DNA of 64,000 bases. Source: a virus. Lineage: Duplodnaviria > Heunggongvirae > Uroviricota > Caudoviricetes. The notes under the pieces are model-generated. The model searched no databases. It worked only from the letters and a program-made list of their open reading frames with translations, and was not told where the DNA came from. The translations under genes were made by a program, and so were the position numbers. The number at the start of each line of letters is the position of its first letter. Position 1 is the stretch's first letter. The stretch is from the IMG/VR virus record IMGVR_UViG_2609460125_000009; one strand, 5' to 3'. Shown one piece after another: positions 28,064 to 38,740 of the stretch.

Positions 28064-30172
28064 ATGTCTAAAAAACGTTCCATCAAAGAGGTTCAGGACT
28101 TCCGTGACAGTGTAAAACGAGTAGTCGCTCTCCTTTCAGGTAAAAACATCCCTGTTGCAGAACGAGGGGACGACGCTTATGTACGCTATAACGATGATGG
28201 AGAGCCAATTCTCGTAAACATCCCATCAATCCCGGATAACGCAACACCGGCATTGATGAATGCTGTGCGCGGATTTCTCGATCATGAGGTTGCTCACATT
28301 TTGTTTACCGATATTCGTGTGTCCAACAAAATGAGAGAAAAAGGACGCGTTCCTTCCTGGTCGCTATGGAATGCCTTAGAAGACGTGTTCATCGAGCGAA
28401 AAATGGGTCAGGTCTTTAACGGAACAAGACGTAATCTGATGGCAACTCAGCGCCTTATAATCGAAAAAGTCTTTAAACCAAAGGCTTCAGAGGCTATTGC
28501 TTATTGTGGCAAAGATCAGCGCGCGCTTTTTCTAAACTTCTTTCTCTGTCCGGTTGTAAGAGCCTGGGATGGCCAAGCACCGTTCGTAGATTTCATGGAT
28601 GAATATTGGCCTGTCATTGAGAAACCAATTTCATTATTAAAAGAACATGGTATCGATGTGGCCGTGCGTAACATGTCTTGCACCGAGGATTGTGTAAAGG
28701 TGGCTGCGACCATAGCTAAGATCCTCAAAGACACTGAAAGTGAAAGCAAAGGTAAGGAGTCAGCTCCGGGAAAAACTTCCGATCCTTCAGACGCTGACCA
28801 GACGGATGCCTCTGGAGAAAACAATGAAGACAACGAAGATCATGAGACACCCTCAGCGTTAGATAATCACAAATCTATCAAATCAGAATCACACAGTAAG
28901 CACAAACATGATAATAACGACGGTGATGATTCAGATAATTCTGAATCATCAGAAACAATATTCGATGATACAGAAAATGATAAAGAGGTATCAGATTCTG
29001 ATGCTTCTGATAACGCGGTGTCAGAATCATTTACCGCTGACCACGAAAAAAGAAAAACGACAGAAGACGGCTCTTCAGATATCCCAACTCCGTCAAAAAT
29101 GAGTCTGGAAGAGGCTTTAGAGGAGCTGGATAGCATAGAAGATGAAGTCGGAGGCATGACAGAAGATGCTCTATCCGAAACGATTAAAAGCGAGTTAACA
29201 GAAACCTCGAAAAGCGAATACAGGCCATACAATCGCTCATACGACTTCATCGGCTCGATTGATCAGGCAGAAGCCCATATCAAACGGCTTATTAAAACAT
29301 TCTCCGATATTGATTTAGGAGGATATCCAATCAGCCGCTATCGCATCGTTCCTGAAGGCAACCAGCTCTTCGACAAATATATTGAAAAGCATCTTTCGTC
29401 AGGTGTTTCGTCGACGCTGGCAAAAGACCTGGAGCGAGCAATAGCAAGCAGAAACAGAGTTCAGTTTATACCGGGCCAGCGTCGGGGGCGCATTCATGGT
29501 TCTAGTATCTACAGATTAGCAATGAATGATGATCGCGTGTTTCGTAAAAAAGAAGAATCTAAAGCCGTTAACGCCTGTGTTCAGCAAGTGATTGATTTAT
29601 CAGGTTCAATGAGTGGTATAACGATACAATTGGCTCTTGCAAGTGCATATACCATCGCCGATGCCCTTGATCGAATAAATGTTCCCAACATTATCACCGG
29701 CTTCACTACATTTGGTAGTCATATGGCGGCAGGAGAACTTAAGGCTGTCAAGTATGAGTTCTCTCGCTTTGAATCTTTAATGCTACCTATCATCAAAAAT
29801 TGGAATGAAAAGGTAAATTCTCGCGAAGTTCGCTCACGTATGGGGTGCGTAGGCTACACATTCCCACTTCTTAATAACGTGGATGGTGAAAGCATAGCCA
29901 GCCTTGCATCGTTATTTTCCGGTCGCATGGAGGACAGGAAGATCATGCTTGTTCTGAGTGATGGCGCGCCGTGGGCTGTTGGGAGAGGTTTTGACGCTCA
30001 TTTGCGTTCGGTTGCGAAGCAAATTGAAACGCAGACTGACATTGATTTGATGGCAATTGGCATCATGACTGACGCACCGGAGAGATTATACTCAAATCAT
30101 GCCCTGGTAACGAGCGTTGATAGTCTTGGTTCATCTGTAGTTACTGAACTATCTCGTATCATTTTAAAGTGA
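28064..30172 (+). CDS. von Willebrand factor A domain protein (CobT-like), with acidic central region
   Basis: C-terminal MIDAS motif DLSGSMSG; very acidic Asp/Glu/Ser-rich middle; N-terminal DHEVAH motif; followed by a MoxR/CobS-like AAA+ gene. Confidence 0.75.
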   Translation: MSKKRSIKEVQDFRDSVKRVVALLSGKNIPVAERGDDAYVRYNDDGEPILVNIPSIPDNATPALMNAVRGFLDHEVAHILFTDIRVSNKMREKGRVPSWSLWNALEDVFIERKMGQVFNGTRRNLMATQRLIIEKVFKPKASEAIAYCGKDQRALFLNFFLCPVVRAWDGQAPFVDFMDEYWPVIEKPISLLKEHGIDVAVRNMSCTEDCVKVAATIAKILKDTESESKGKESAPGKTSDPSDADQTDASGENNEDNEDHETPSALDNHKSIKSESHSKHKHDNNDGDDSDNSESSETIFDDTENDKEVSDSDASDNAVSESFTADHEKRKTTEDGSSDIPTPSKMSLEEALEELDSIEDEVGGMTEDALSETIKSELTETSKSEYRPYNRSYDFIGSIDQAEAHIKRLIKTFSDIDLGGYPISRYRIVPEGNQLFDKYIEKHLSSGVSSTLAKDLERAIASRNRVQFIPGQRRGRIHGSSIYRLAMNDDRVFRKKEESKAVNACVQQVIDLSGSMSGITIQLALASAYTIADALDRINVPNIITGFTTFGSHMAAGELKAVKYEFSRFESLMLPIIKNWNEKVNSREVRSRMGCVGYTFPLLNNVDGESIASLASLFSGRMEDRKIMLVLSDGAPWAVGRGFDAHLRSVAKQIETQTDIDLMAIGIMTDAPERLYSNHALVTSVDSLGSSVVTELSRIILK

Positions 30173-30267
30173 ACAAAACAGCCTTAACGATAAGTAACCA
30201 CTTACGATAGATAATGATATATTTATATAAGAAGTTGAACGCTCATTAGAAAACAAAGGAAAAACGC

Positions 30268-31503
30268 ATGACTACTACTGCACTGCAAAATGAAAACAAT
30301 CCTTCTGATTACCTTGTTTGCAAGTGGTGCGGAAAATCATTTCACTATTTTAAGTCCCATGTTGCCAATGGTAATTGCGAGGGCATTCCTGAGTCAGTAA
30401 AAGATGCCGATCCTGACACCGTACTGAAAATGTACACAACACAGTTTCCAGATGAGCCAACGCTATCGAAAAAGGCACTTGATGCAATTCAAGCTAAACG
30501 TGCCGAGCAAAAAAGCGAAATGGCCAAATCATCTGGCGTGACCAGTAGCCCAGGCTACACAGGCACAGTTGAGTACAAGACAGATCTGGTCGCAGCTCAC
30601 GAACTGCTAAATGTAACGGTGAAAGAACTCGGAACAAAACGTGGGACGCCGCTCATGGTTAGCGTCAACGTCAATACGCCGTTTCCAGAGTTCGTTCCAG
30701 AAGTGAAGAAGGGATACGTATATGGCGACTTCGAACTGATCAAAGACATTTTCATGATGCTTGAACTTGGCATACCTGGCTATTTGTGGGGTCATGCAGG
30801 AACAGGCAAATCGTCATTGCCTACACAACTATGTGCTTTGCTCAATCGTCCGTTGATCCGTGCCCAACATACAGCATCAATGGAAGAGGCACATGTTACG
30901 GGGCAAATTCTGGCGCGTGATGGCTCTACGTATTTCGAGCCTGGCTTGCTTGCGCTCGCAATGAAGCATGGCTGGGTTTACCTCGCGGATGAATACGACT
31001 TTGCGTTTCCACAAATTCTTGGCGTGTATCAGCCAGTGCTGGAAGGTGAAGCGTTAGTCATCAAAGAGGCGACTCCAGAATGGCGTCGCATTACTCCGCA
31101 TGAACGGTTTGCTTTCATTGGCACTGGCAACACGAACGGATCTGGTGATGAAACCGGCTTGTACCAGGGTACAAACATCCAGAACGCCGCGAACTTTTCG
31201 CGTTTTGGCATCGTTTCGAATGTGAAATACATGAGCAAAGAGGCAGAGATCAACATGTTGATAAATGCCGGTATCGTGGATGAATACGCAGAAAAGATGG
31301 TTAAGTTTGCCGGTATCGTTCGCGATGGATACGAAGAACACCTTATCAGTCAGCCAATTGGCCCTCGTGAACTTTTGTTGTCGGCCAAGATTGGAATGAT
31401 GCGAGGCGACTTTGTGACAGGTATTGAGCGTTCTTTCATTAACAAACTCCCTTCAGCTTCTGCACAAGCGGCTCGTGAAGTTGTTCAAAAAATATTTGGT
31501 TGA
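30268..31503 (+). CDS. AAA+ ATPase of the MoxR/CobS type with N-terminal Cys-rich extension
   Basis: Conserved leader AAAGGAAAAACGCATG; Walker A GHAGTGKSS, Walker B LADEYD; N-terminal CKWCG...H...C cluster. Confidence 0.8.
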   Translation: MTTTALQNENNPSDYLVCKWCGKSFHYFKSHVANGNCEGIPESVKDADPDTVLKMYTTQFPDEPTLSKKALDAIQAKRAEQKSEMAKSSGVTSSPGYTGTVEYKTDLVAAHELLNVTVKELGTKRGTPLMVSVNVNTPFPEFVPEVKKGYVYGDFELIKDIFMMLELGIPGYLWGHAGTGKSSLPTQLCALLNRPLIRAQHTASMEEAHVTGQILARDGSTYFEPGLLALAMKHGWVYLADEYDFAFPQILGVYQPVLEGEALVIKEATPEWRRITPHERFAFIGTGNTNGSGDETGLYQGTNIQNAANFSRFGIVSNVKYMSKEAEINMLINAGIVDEYAEKMVKFAGIVRDGYEEHLISQPIGPRELLLSAKIGMMRGDFVTGIERSFINKLPSASAQAAREVVQKIFG

Positions 31504-31709
31504 TCGTGCGTAAAGGATGTTTCGGCTCTCTTATCGCTGCTTCTGAAACTGGTAAGGCTTGTCTGGTGTGTCCAGACAAGCCCGATTGTCACCAATCAGC
31601 AAAAGAAGTTGCGATTTCGATGCATGGGAAGTTCGTAGGCTTCCCAAATGACAAAATCAAAAAAACCAGAAAGGTAAAAACACATGAAGGCACTGATGGT
31701 TCGAACTGA
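31500..31709 (+). CDS. hypothetical small Cys-rich protein
   Basis: 69-aa ORF overlapping the end of the AAA+ gene and the start of the polymerase gene; coding status uncertain. Confidence 0.25.
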   Translation: MIVRKGCFGSLIAASETGKACLVCPDKPDCHQSAKEVAISMHGKFVGFPNDKIKKTRKVKTHEGTDGSN

Positions 31710-34700
31710 CTTCTCACTTGGGGAGTCGGCTTTAAAAGCAGAAAACGCGGTGAAGATTGCCAGAGAAGCTGGCTACACCGCTGTAATTTCAGCAGATAGC
31801 ATGAATATTGCGAGCGTTATTCCACTACAACGTGCCGCTGGTGACGACATGGCGGTTATTTGTGGTGTGAAACTAAACATCGTTGATGATCCCACATACG
31901 AGCACCGGGCTAAACTTGCTAAAGAGTCTAAGGGATGTATGGAATCATTGGAGCGAGGACGTAACTACTCGTTTACCGCTCTAATTAAAAATGAGAAAGG
32001 ATATCGCGACATCTGCGAACTAATGACGGCGGCCAACACACGAGAACAGTTCTACTTTGTACCGCGTCTCTCGCTCGAACAGTTGGTTTCTACATATGCC
32101 AAAGGCAACATCATCCTGCTTACTTCCGACATCGGTAGCGTGTTCCAACGCAACGATTTTGCAAAAATCATAAGCACACTGATTACAGCGGGTGGAAAAG
32201 ACAACTTCTATAGTGTGGTTTATCCGCACCCTACCCCATTCTACGACCAGATTAACGTCCGGGCGATGAAAGTCGCCAGCGCATTGAAAATAGAGCCAGT
32301 GGCGTTCTATCCCGCTTATTACGAATCGATCGACGATGCAGACATTAAAGACATTGCGCACATGGTTACGAACAACATAAAAATCGACCAGCCGCATCGT
32401 CTGCGTATCCCCCACCAGCGAGATAACGCCATCAATGGTCGTCGCCATCTCCTTGAGGCGCTTAAAGCCTTCTCCGTTCGCATGGATGTGCCGGTAACAG
32501 CTGCAATGGCCTCAACAACGCAGGACTCCATTATCGATGCCTGCACATGGCGCTGGCATGAATTGCCACCAGCACTGCCCAAGATGGCAGACGACGAACC
32601 TGCAACGCTGATGAAACTGGCTGTTGCAGGGCTGCGTAAACGTCTTACCACAAAAGAGTTTGGATACACACCACCTGCTTCTGAGAACAGGGTTTATGTT
32701 GAGCGGCTAAAGTACGAAATGGACACGCTGACTCGCCTGGGATTCTGTGGTTACTTCCTGATGGTACGCGATCTGATGAATCACAGCCGTGAAACTGGCA
32801 TTCCTGTCGGGCCTGGTCGTGGTTCCTCTGCCGGTTCTCTGGTGGCGTGGTGCATAGGCATAACCAACGTCGACCCAATCCGTCACGGTCTTCTGTTTGA
32901 GCGTTTCATCAACCCTGAGCGTCTCGACTTGCCGGATGCTGACTTGGACTTCAGCCAGGCACGTCGCCATGAGGTGATCGAGTATCTGAATGAACGCTAC
33001 GGCGAAGATTACGTTGCAGGCATTCCGAACTTCACCTATCTGGGCGCGGCATCTGCGCTGCGTGACACTGCACGTATTTACGGTGTCGATGCTGCGGATA
33101 TGGCGGTATCCAAAGAGTTCAAGAATATGGAGGACGACAGCCTGTCTCTGGAAGAGCTGCGCGAGCAACTGGCCAGCCTGGACAAATACGCCACGAAAAA
33201 CCCGGAAGCGTTCAAAGCGGCGTGTAAGCTGCAAAGCCTGATGCGTGGTTTTGGTCGTCACGCTGCGGGGATGATCGTCGCTGGCGTTCCATTAGTAGAG
33301 CGCACGCCCGTCGAGCTGCGTGGCAATGCTCGATGTATTGCGTTCGATAAACGTTACTGCGAGGCGATGGGGCTGATTAAGTTGGACGTTCTCGGTCTGG
33401 CAACACTCGATCTTCTGGATAGCGCGAAACGCTACATCAAAGAGAGTACCGGTGAAGACATCAATCTCGACGCTATCCCACTGGACGATCGCAAGGTTCT
33501 GGATGGGTTCGCTGCAGGGTACACGCAGGGCGTATTCCAGCTGGAGTCCGGCCCCATGCGTAAGCTGCTTAAAGATCTGGGCGGTGGCATCGAGCCAATG
33601 AGTTTCAAAACCGTTGTCGCAACTACCGCCCTCTTCCGACCGGGACCGATTCAATCCGGCATGTTGGATGACTATGTTTCCGTTGCGAAAGGATTTATGA
33701 CGCCTACATCACTACATCCTGTCTTGGATGAACTGACCTCTGAAACAAATGGAGTGATTCTCTATCAGGAACAAACGATGAACGCAACAAGGCTTCTTGC
33801 TGGTTTCACAATGGCCGAGGCGGATGGTGTGCGTTCAGCAATCGGTAAGAAGAACATGGAAAAGATGAGGAGCATGGGTGAGAAATTTGTCATTCAGGCT
33901 CAAGCTGGGTGGATCGACGTAGAGCTTGAAAATGGCGCAATACAACGGATTCATCGCGCAGAACATTTTAAATGCGAGGACGGTACTCTGAGGACAGTTG
34001 AAGAGGCGTTGGAGCATGGAGTGAAGCTGCCAATGCCAGTTGTGCGCGTTACAACGTCACATCCAGGTCTGTCTGAGACGAAGGCAAAAGAGATATGGAC
34101 TGCATTTGAGAAAAACGGAGCCTATCAGTTCAATAAATCACACTCCGTTGCTTATTCTTTAATCAGTTATCAGTCTATGTGGCTAAAGACGCACTACCCT
34201 GCTGAGTTCTTCGCAGCTGCGCTCACCATTCTGGGCGAGGATAAGCATCAGGGGCTGGTGAAGGATGCGCTGACCTATGGCATTCGCGTATTGCCACCAG
34301 ACGTTAATGTGTCATCTAACCGAATTGAGATCCGCACACTCGAAGACGGCAGTCAGGCACTGTATGCGCCATTCTCTGCTGTGAAAGGCTGTTCTGAAAA
34401 TGGTTGTCAGGCAATTATGCGTGCGCGTGAGAAAGTTGGTGGCAAATTCGAGTCAGTGGCACAATTCGATGAAGCGGTCGAGAAGCGTGCATGTAACAGT
34501 CGTGTACGCGAGTCGCTTCATAAAGTAGGGGCTTTTGCGTCAATTGAGCCAGGCAGTCTGCCAGCAACTGATCCTGAACGACTGCGCGACCAGGCTGAGC
34601 TGATGGGCAATCTCATCATTGACGCTGTTAAAGCATCACGTCCGTTCGAAATGAATCCTAAGCGTTCTGCCGAAATCAACGTACTCATGACACGTATGGC

Positions 34701-35202
34701 GGCTGAAATGGGCTTGGGTGAGGAGTTGATACGCCCGACTATTGGTATTAAACCCAAAATCATGATCATTCTGGACAATGCGAACGGCAATGACGCTCGT
34801 ACCGGCTACTTCATGGAGAACGGATACGACGACTTTAAGGCAAAACTACTGACAGTTGGAGATCTGCGCATGGGCGATCTTTATGTCACGGGTGTTTGTA
34901 AGAAGGTTAAGGACAAAGAGAAAGACTATACCAAAGACGAGATAGGCCAGTTCACAGACTTTATGCGGGAAGAAATTAATCTTGTACGACCAACCTACAT
35001 TTTGACGTGTGGTAGTCGTTCAACCGCACTATTTAACAATAAGAGTAAACCATCAGATCTGATTGGTCGTAAGGAGTACTTCCCAGAGCTTGATGCAACC
35101 GTCTTCTACGGATTTAACCCGAATATCCTGTACTTCCGACCGGAAGAAGGAGAGCGACTGGAGGCCATTCTGGCTGATATCGCGGAGACAATAAATAAGT
35201 AA
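31684..35202 (+). CDS. dnaE: DNA polymerase III alpha-subunit-like replicative polymerase (DnaE family)
   Basis: Conserved leader AAAGGTAAAAACACATG; polymerase core motifs GRGSSAGSLVAWCIGIT and LPDADLDF; N-terminal PHP-like region with the usual histidines substituted (VRTDFS). Confidence 0.9.
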   Translation: MKALMVRTDFSLGESALKAENAVKIAREAGYTAVISADSMNIASVIPLQRAAGDDMAVICGVKLNIVDDPTYEHRAKLAKESKGCMESLERGRNYSFTALIKNEKGYRDICELMTAANTREQFYFVPRLSLEQLVSTYAKGNIILLTSDIGSVFQRNDFAKIISTLITAGGKDNFYSVVYPHPTPFYDQINVRAMKVASALKIEPVAFYPAYYESIDDADIKDIAHMVTNNIKIDQPHRLRIPHQRDNAINGRRHLLEALKAFSVRMDVPVTAAMASTTQDSIIDACTWRWHELPPALPKMADDEPATLMKLAVAGLRKRLTTKEFGYTPPASENRVYVERLKYEMDTLTRLGFCGYFLMVRDLMNHSRETGIPVGPGRGSSAGSLVAWCIGITNVDPIRHGLLFERFINPERLDLPDADLDFSQARRHEVIEYLNERYGEDYVAGIPNFTYLGAASALRDTARIYGVDAADMAVSKEFKNMEDDSLSLEELREQLASLDKYATKNPEAFKAACKLQSLMRGFGRHAAGMIVAGVPLVERTPVELRGNARCIAFDKRYCEAMGLIKLDVLGLATLDLLDSAKRYIKESTGEDINLDAIPLDDRKVLDGFAAGYTQGVFQLESGPMRKLLKDLGGGIEPMSFKTVVATTALFRPGPIQSGMLDDYVSVAKGFMTPTSLHPVLDELTSETNGVILYQEQTMNATRLLAGFTMAEADGVRSAIGKKNMEKMRSMGEKFVIQAQAGWIDVELENGAIQRIHRAEHFKCEDGTLRTVEEALEHGVKLPMPVVRVTTSHPGLSETKAKEIWTAFEKNGAYQFNKSHSVAYSLISYQSMWLKTHYPAEFFAAALTILGEDKHQGLVKDALTYGIRVLPPDVNVSSNRIEIRTLEDGSQALYAPFSAVKGCSENGCQAIMRAREKVGGKFESVAQFDEAVEKRACNSRVRESLHKVGAFASIEPGSLPATDPERLRDQAELMGNLIIDAVKASRPFEMNPKRSAEINVLMTRMAAEMGLGEELIRPTIGIKPKIMIILDNANGNDARTGYFMENGYDDFKAKLLTVGDLRMGDLYVTGVCKKVKDKEKDYTKDEIGQFTDFMREEINLVRPTYILTCGSRSTALFNNKSKPSDLIGRKEYFPELDATVFYGFNPNILYFRPEEGERLEAILADIAETINK

Positions 35203-35208
35203 TAAAGA

Positions 35209-35235
35209 AAACCCGCCTGTTGGCGGGTTTATAAA
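35209..35235. terminator. bidirectional rho-independent terminator
   Basis: ACCCGCC-TGTT-GGCGGGT flanked by A-rich sequence upstream and T-rich sequence downstream; sits between dnaE (+) and cspA (-). Confidence 0.75.
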
Positions 35236-35505
35236 GAATTATGGCGCTTGTTGAGGAAGTCACTCCTCTTACGCACTTTGTTTTGCCATGCCGGCAGTTA
35301 GCTTCTGCCTTTGACTATTCATGCGGCAACCCCGCATTTCGCCACAATGGGCAATTCACTTTTATGGAATAAACTGGCCGTTGTGTCGATTTAATTAGCA
35401 TGGCCTTACCATGCTAATTTATTCAACTTGTACAATCCTACAAATCTATCCACTCAGGCTTACACCGTCTTCGTTATTGTAGAAATGAGGATCATCAGCG
35501 TTGAA

Positions 35506-35721
35506 TCAGCTTAGAGCAACGACATTTGCTGCTGCTGGGCCTTTAGCCCCATTCTCGATAGAGAATTCGACCTGCTGGCCTTCTTCCAAAGTGCGGAAAT
35601 TATTACTCTGAATTGCCGAAAAATGTACAAAAACATCTTTACTGCCATCAGCAGGAGAAATAAAGCCAAAGCCTTTATCAGAGTTAAACCATTTTACTAA
35701 ACCAGTCATTTTATTAGACAT
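35506..35721 (-). CDS. cspA: cold-shock protein, CspA family
   Basis: [21 protein letters not shown]...DVFVHFSAI matches the cold-shock domain RNP motifs; ATG at 35721 has an AAGGT RBS, although the ORF is open further upstream. Confidence 0.85.
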   Translation of the reverse strand: MSNKMTGLVKWFNSDKGFGFISPADGSKDVFVHFSAIQSNNFRTLEEGQQVEFSIENGAKGPAAANVVALS

Positions 35722-36050
35722 AGATATTACCTTCTTAATTTTGTGAGCCACATAGTGCGGCGAGAATTTGATCTGTATAGATTGGGACTTACTTAGGCAC
35801 TTAAGGAGGAGACTCACGAAGAAGGGAAATCAGAAGATAACACTGAACTGAGACTGCTTTACTAAAACTGCTTACATAAGGTCTGTCTTGCAAACCAACG
35901 ATGCTATTAACGCATACCCCTTCTTTTCATGCAACCTTTATTTTTCAAAGATAACTAATTTTTGTCACCATTGGTTTAGTAAACGTTAACGAACCAGACG
36001 ATGCCAGACACCTTTACAGAGAACAGATGCCCGCCAATTGGCGGGCATCA

Positions 36051-36650
36051 TTATGCGCATTTCGCAATATCTTTGCGGCGTTTAATCAGTTTCTCCGCAA
36101 TTTGCTCTATTTCGTTGAAATCTTTCGAGACGCTGTTTCGAAGCGCCAGATTCCATTTACTCAAAGTTCGGGCATTTTGGACAATTTGATCGCCCTCTTT
36201 AAGTCGTCCGTTATTCATGAGCCATTCAGCCACATCAGCCCAATCCCAGAGAGGAGACTGGCCTTTTATGCGTTGTACAGGGCAAGGGAAGTCGCCGCTT
36301 CCGCGCTTACCGTCTTTGAGCAACGCCACTGCCTGGCGAGACAGGTCTGTCAGTTCCGCGATATCGCTTAAGCCCACAAGAGCCGAGTCGACGGATTCAA
36401 CAATTGCACCGATACCGGCTGATTCAATATTGTCGACCGCAGATGCGATAGCTGCATCAAGTGATTGTGCTTCGCGGTCAAATTCTACATAGACGGAGTT
36501 TCCATATGCGCAAATTAGCGCATCGTCACAGCCGTTTTGGTACAGCGCGTCTTCCAGTCCTTCCGTCTCATACGATACGCCTGAGAGCGTCAGAGTGAAG
36601 TTATAAAGCGCCATAGTTTTCCTTTGAAGATAGTTGGACAGTTTCTGCAA
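36051..36650 (-). CDS. putative DNA-binding protein with C-terminal AlpA/excisionase-like HTH
   Basis: C-terminal LSRQAVALL...FPCP...WDWADVAEWL resembles the AlpA/Xis-type HTH; N-terminal domain unassigned; start may instead be the internal Met at 36614. Confidence 0.45.
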   Translation of the reverse strand: MQKLSNYLQRKTMALYNFTLTLSGVSYETEGLEDALYQNGCDDALICAYGNSVYVEFDREAQSLDAAIASAVDNIESAGIGAIVESVDSALVGLSDIAELTDLSRQAVALLKDGKRGSGDFPCPVQRIKGQSPLWDWADVAEWLMNNGRLKEGDQIVQNARTLSKWNLALRNSVSKDFNEIEQIAEKLIKRRKDIAKCA

Positions 36651-36674
36651 AAGGCGGCTAATGCCGCCTTGAAA

Positions 36675-36899
36675 TCATTTACAACGATCAACCATTCGTT
36701 TGATCTGTTTGGCATGGTTTTCGGGATTACCCGGAGTCGACCATACGCTCATTTGGTGAGTTTTGTGTTCACCTTCTGGATTACCGCATCGCAGTCTGCA
36801 AAAACAATGTGCAGCACCACCAGCAGCTACCCAGATCCAGCCTTTACTTAATGCATAGTCAATGGCTGCTTGAATATGCTTATTCGGATGTTGCTTCAT
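36675..36899 (-). CDS. hypothetical small Cys/His-containing protein
   Basis: 74-aa ORF immediately upstream of, and co-oriented with, the HTH protein. Confidence 0.4.
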   Translation of the reverse strand: MKQHPNKHIQAAIDYALSKGWIWVAAGGAAHCFCRLRCGNPEGEHKTHQMSVWSTPGNPENHAKQIKRMVDRCK

Positions 36900-37153
36900 T
36901 CGCCTCCGATAATAGTATTCTATTCACAGTGTTGACATCTGTCAACGGCGACTGAATTTCATCCGTTCATGCCACACCACCATCCATCTCATGTATGTGA
37001 CCTAAAGATGGTCAGCACAGCTTACCAAAATAAGACAACTAATTATCTTCGGTGATCTCAATATCTTCCCCTGAACAAAGTTGACATGACGCCATAAACC
37101 CGTTCTCTGTTTGATATAATTGATACAGATTTTATAAGTAGGAACCTATTAGA

Positions 37154-37585
37154 GTGAACACTGATATTTTTTCTAAAATCATGGCCGATCTGGAGTTCGA
37201 CCGCGACAACCTTGAGGAAGTATGGCGTAAACAGCCACGGCTTTTAATGGAGTATGGGTCAAAACTAGCGCAGGCAGATCGAGATGTCGCAGAGGCAAAA
37301 CTTAACCTTGAAGCTGTTGAAGCAAAGCTATACGACACAGAGCGTAAGAACTTGAGTATGAACGGCATTAAGTTCAACGAGTCTGTACTGGACGCTAAGG
37401 TTAAAACAAACCCACAGTATCTGTCTAAACGGCAGAAGTTGGATGAAGCACGGCACATCGCAGACATATACAAACATGCTGTCGCCGCCTTTTCGCATCG
37501 CCGAGACATGATCGTTCAGGCGTCAAAGATGGCCATCGTTGAATTAGAGCGATTAGGCTCTGAACGCTTTATTACTCCCCGTTGA
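37154..37585 (+). CDS. hypothetical coiled-coil protein (recombination/replication accessory position)
   Basis: 143-aa ORF with GTG start after a TTGATA...TATAAG promoter-like sequence; directly upstream of the SSB-like gene. Confidence 0.45.
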   Translation: MNTDIFSKIMADLEFDRDNLEEVWRKQPRLLMEYGSKLAQADRDVAEAKLNLEAVEAKLYDTERKNLSMNGIKFNESVLDAKVKTNPQYLSKRQKLDEARHIADIYKHAVAAFSHRRDMIVQASKMAIVELERLGSERFITPR

Positions 37586-37702
37586 TTTTTGATAGATAAT
37601 AAGTAAGTACTGATCTATCATTTAACAGCTCGAAAGAGCCACGAATGAACGAAAGCCCAACGCGCATAGCGCCATCGGCCAAATCACAACAAGGAGAAAC
37701 AC

Positions 37703-38731
37703 ATGTCTAAGACATTACTTGATTTGCTTAACAAAACTCGTGAAGACATTGCCGCCAAACGTGGCAACAACGTTGATCTGACTCGCTTAAAAGACGGCGT
37801 CAACTATATCCGCATCTTCCCGAATAAAGACGACCCAAACGGTAAGTTCTTCCAGACTTTCGGTATGCACTACGTTAAGTATCAGAACGAGGAAGGTAAA
37901 GAAGCAACCAACGCTTATATTTGTGAGCAACATACTCACGGTCGCGCTTGTCAGCTATGCGAAATGGTGATGGAAGGTCGCGCTCGTCACAAGGGTAACA
38001 AAGCAATGGAAGAACGCATCGGTCAAATGCGTGCCACTCCTCGCTACCTGGTCAACGGCATTCTTTCTGCTCGTGAGGATTTCGCAGATGCTGAGAAATG
38101 CCAGTTAATCGAGCTGCCGTCTACTGTATTCGATGATATCTGCAAAGCAATCACCGAAGACATCGCTGATGATATCGGCAATCCACTGAGCAAAGAGGAA
38201 GGCTACGCATTCCTGATTAAACGTACTGGCTCTGGTCGCGATACCAAATATGACGTCTCGCCTAAGCGTAAAGTCTACAAAGGCGATATCGAAGATAAAT
38301 TCTGGAACACCCAGCATGATCTGATCGCATACGCAAATCAGGCTGATGAAACTCGTCTTCTGTCGACAGTTCGCACTATGGGTCGTCTGATTGGCATCGC
38401 TGCACCAACTGCCGCAGCATCTGCACCAGCAATTTCCTCAACCGCGAAAACATCGGCTGCGGCACTACCTGGATTTGGCTCTGTCACTGGTCATACAGAA
38501 GGAGCGACGGCTGTAGCAACCGCGCACACACCGGCTTCTGAACCAACCAGTCTGGTTGATGAAGAAATCCTCCGTGCCGTTGAAACTGAATTTAAACCAG
38601 AGGCAAGTTCCGCTGCCGTTGCCGTATCAGTCAAAGAGTCTGAAGCAGTCGCAGCGACATCTGTAGCAACCGCATCTGCGACGGAAGATGAAGGTCTGGA
38701 TGACCTACTGAGAGAGCTGGACTCTCTGTAA
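37703..38731 (+). CDS. single-stranded DNA-binding protein (phage gp32-like), with acidic C-terminal tail
   Basis: Conserved leader AAGGAGAAACACATG; Cys/His cluster CEQHTHGRACQLCEM compatible with a zinc-binding ssDNA-binding core; Ala/Ser-rich linker and acidic terminus EDEGLDDLLRELDSL. Confidence 0.55.
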   Translation: MSKTLLDLLNKTREDIAAKRGNNVDLTRLKDGVNYIRIFPNKDDPNGKFFQTFGMHYVKYQNEEGKEATNAYICEQHTHGRACQLCEMVMEGRARHKGNKAMEERIGQMRATPRYLVNGILSAREDFADAEKCQLIELPSTVFDDICKAITEDIADDIGNPLSKEEGYAFLIKRTGSGRDTKYDVSPKRKVYKGDIEDKFWNTQHDLIAYANQADETRLLSTVRTMGRLIGIAAPTAAASAPAISSTAKTSAAALPGFGSVTGHTEGATAVATAHTPASEPTSLVDEEILRAVETEFKPEASSAAVAVSVKESEAVAATSVATASATEDEGLDDLLRELDSL

Positions 38732-38740
38732 TCCCATTAC

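Noticed and set aside
32020-33654. Several minus-strand ORFs of 116-184 aa
   Set aside because: All lie antisense within the dnaE gene, which has unambiguous polymerase motifs.
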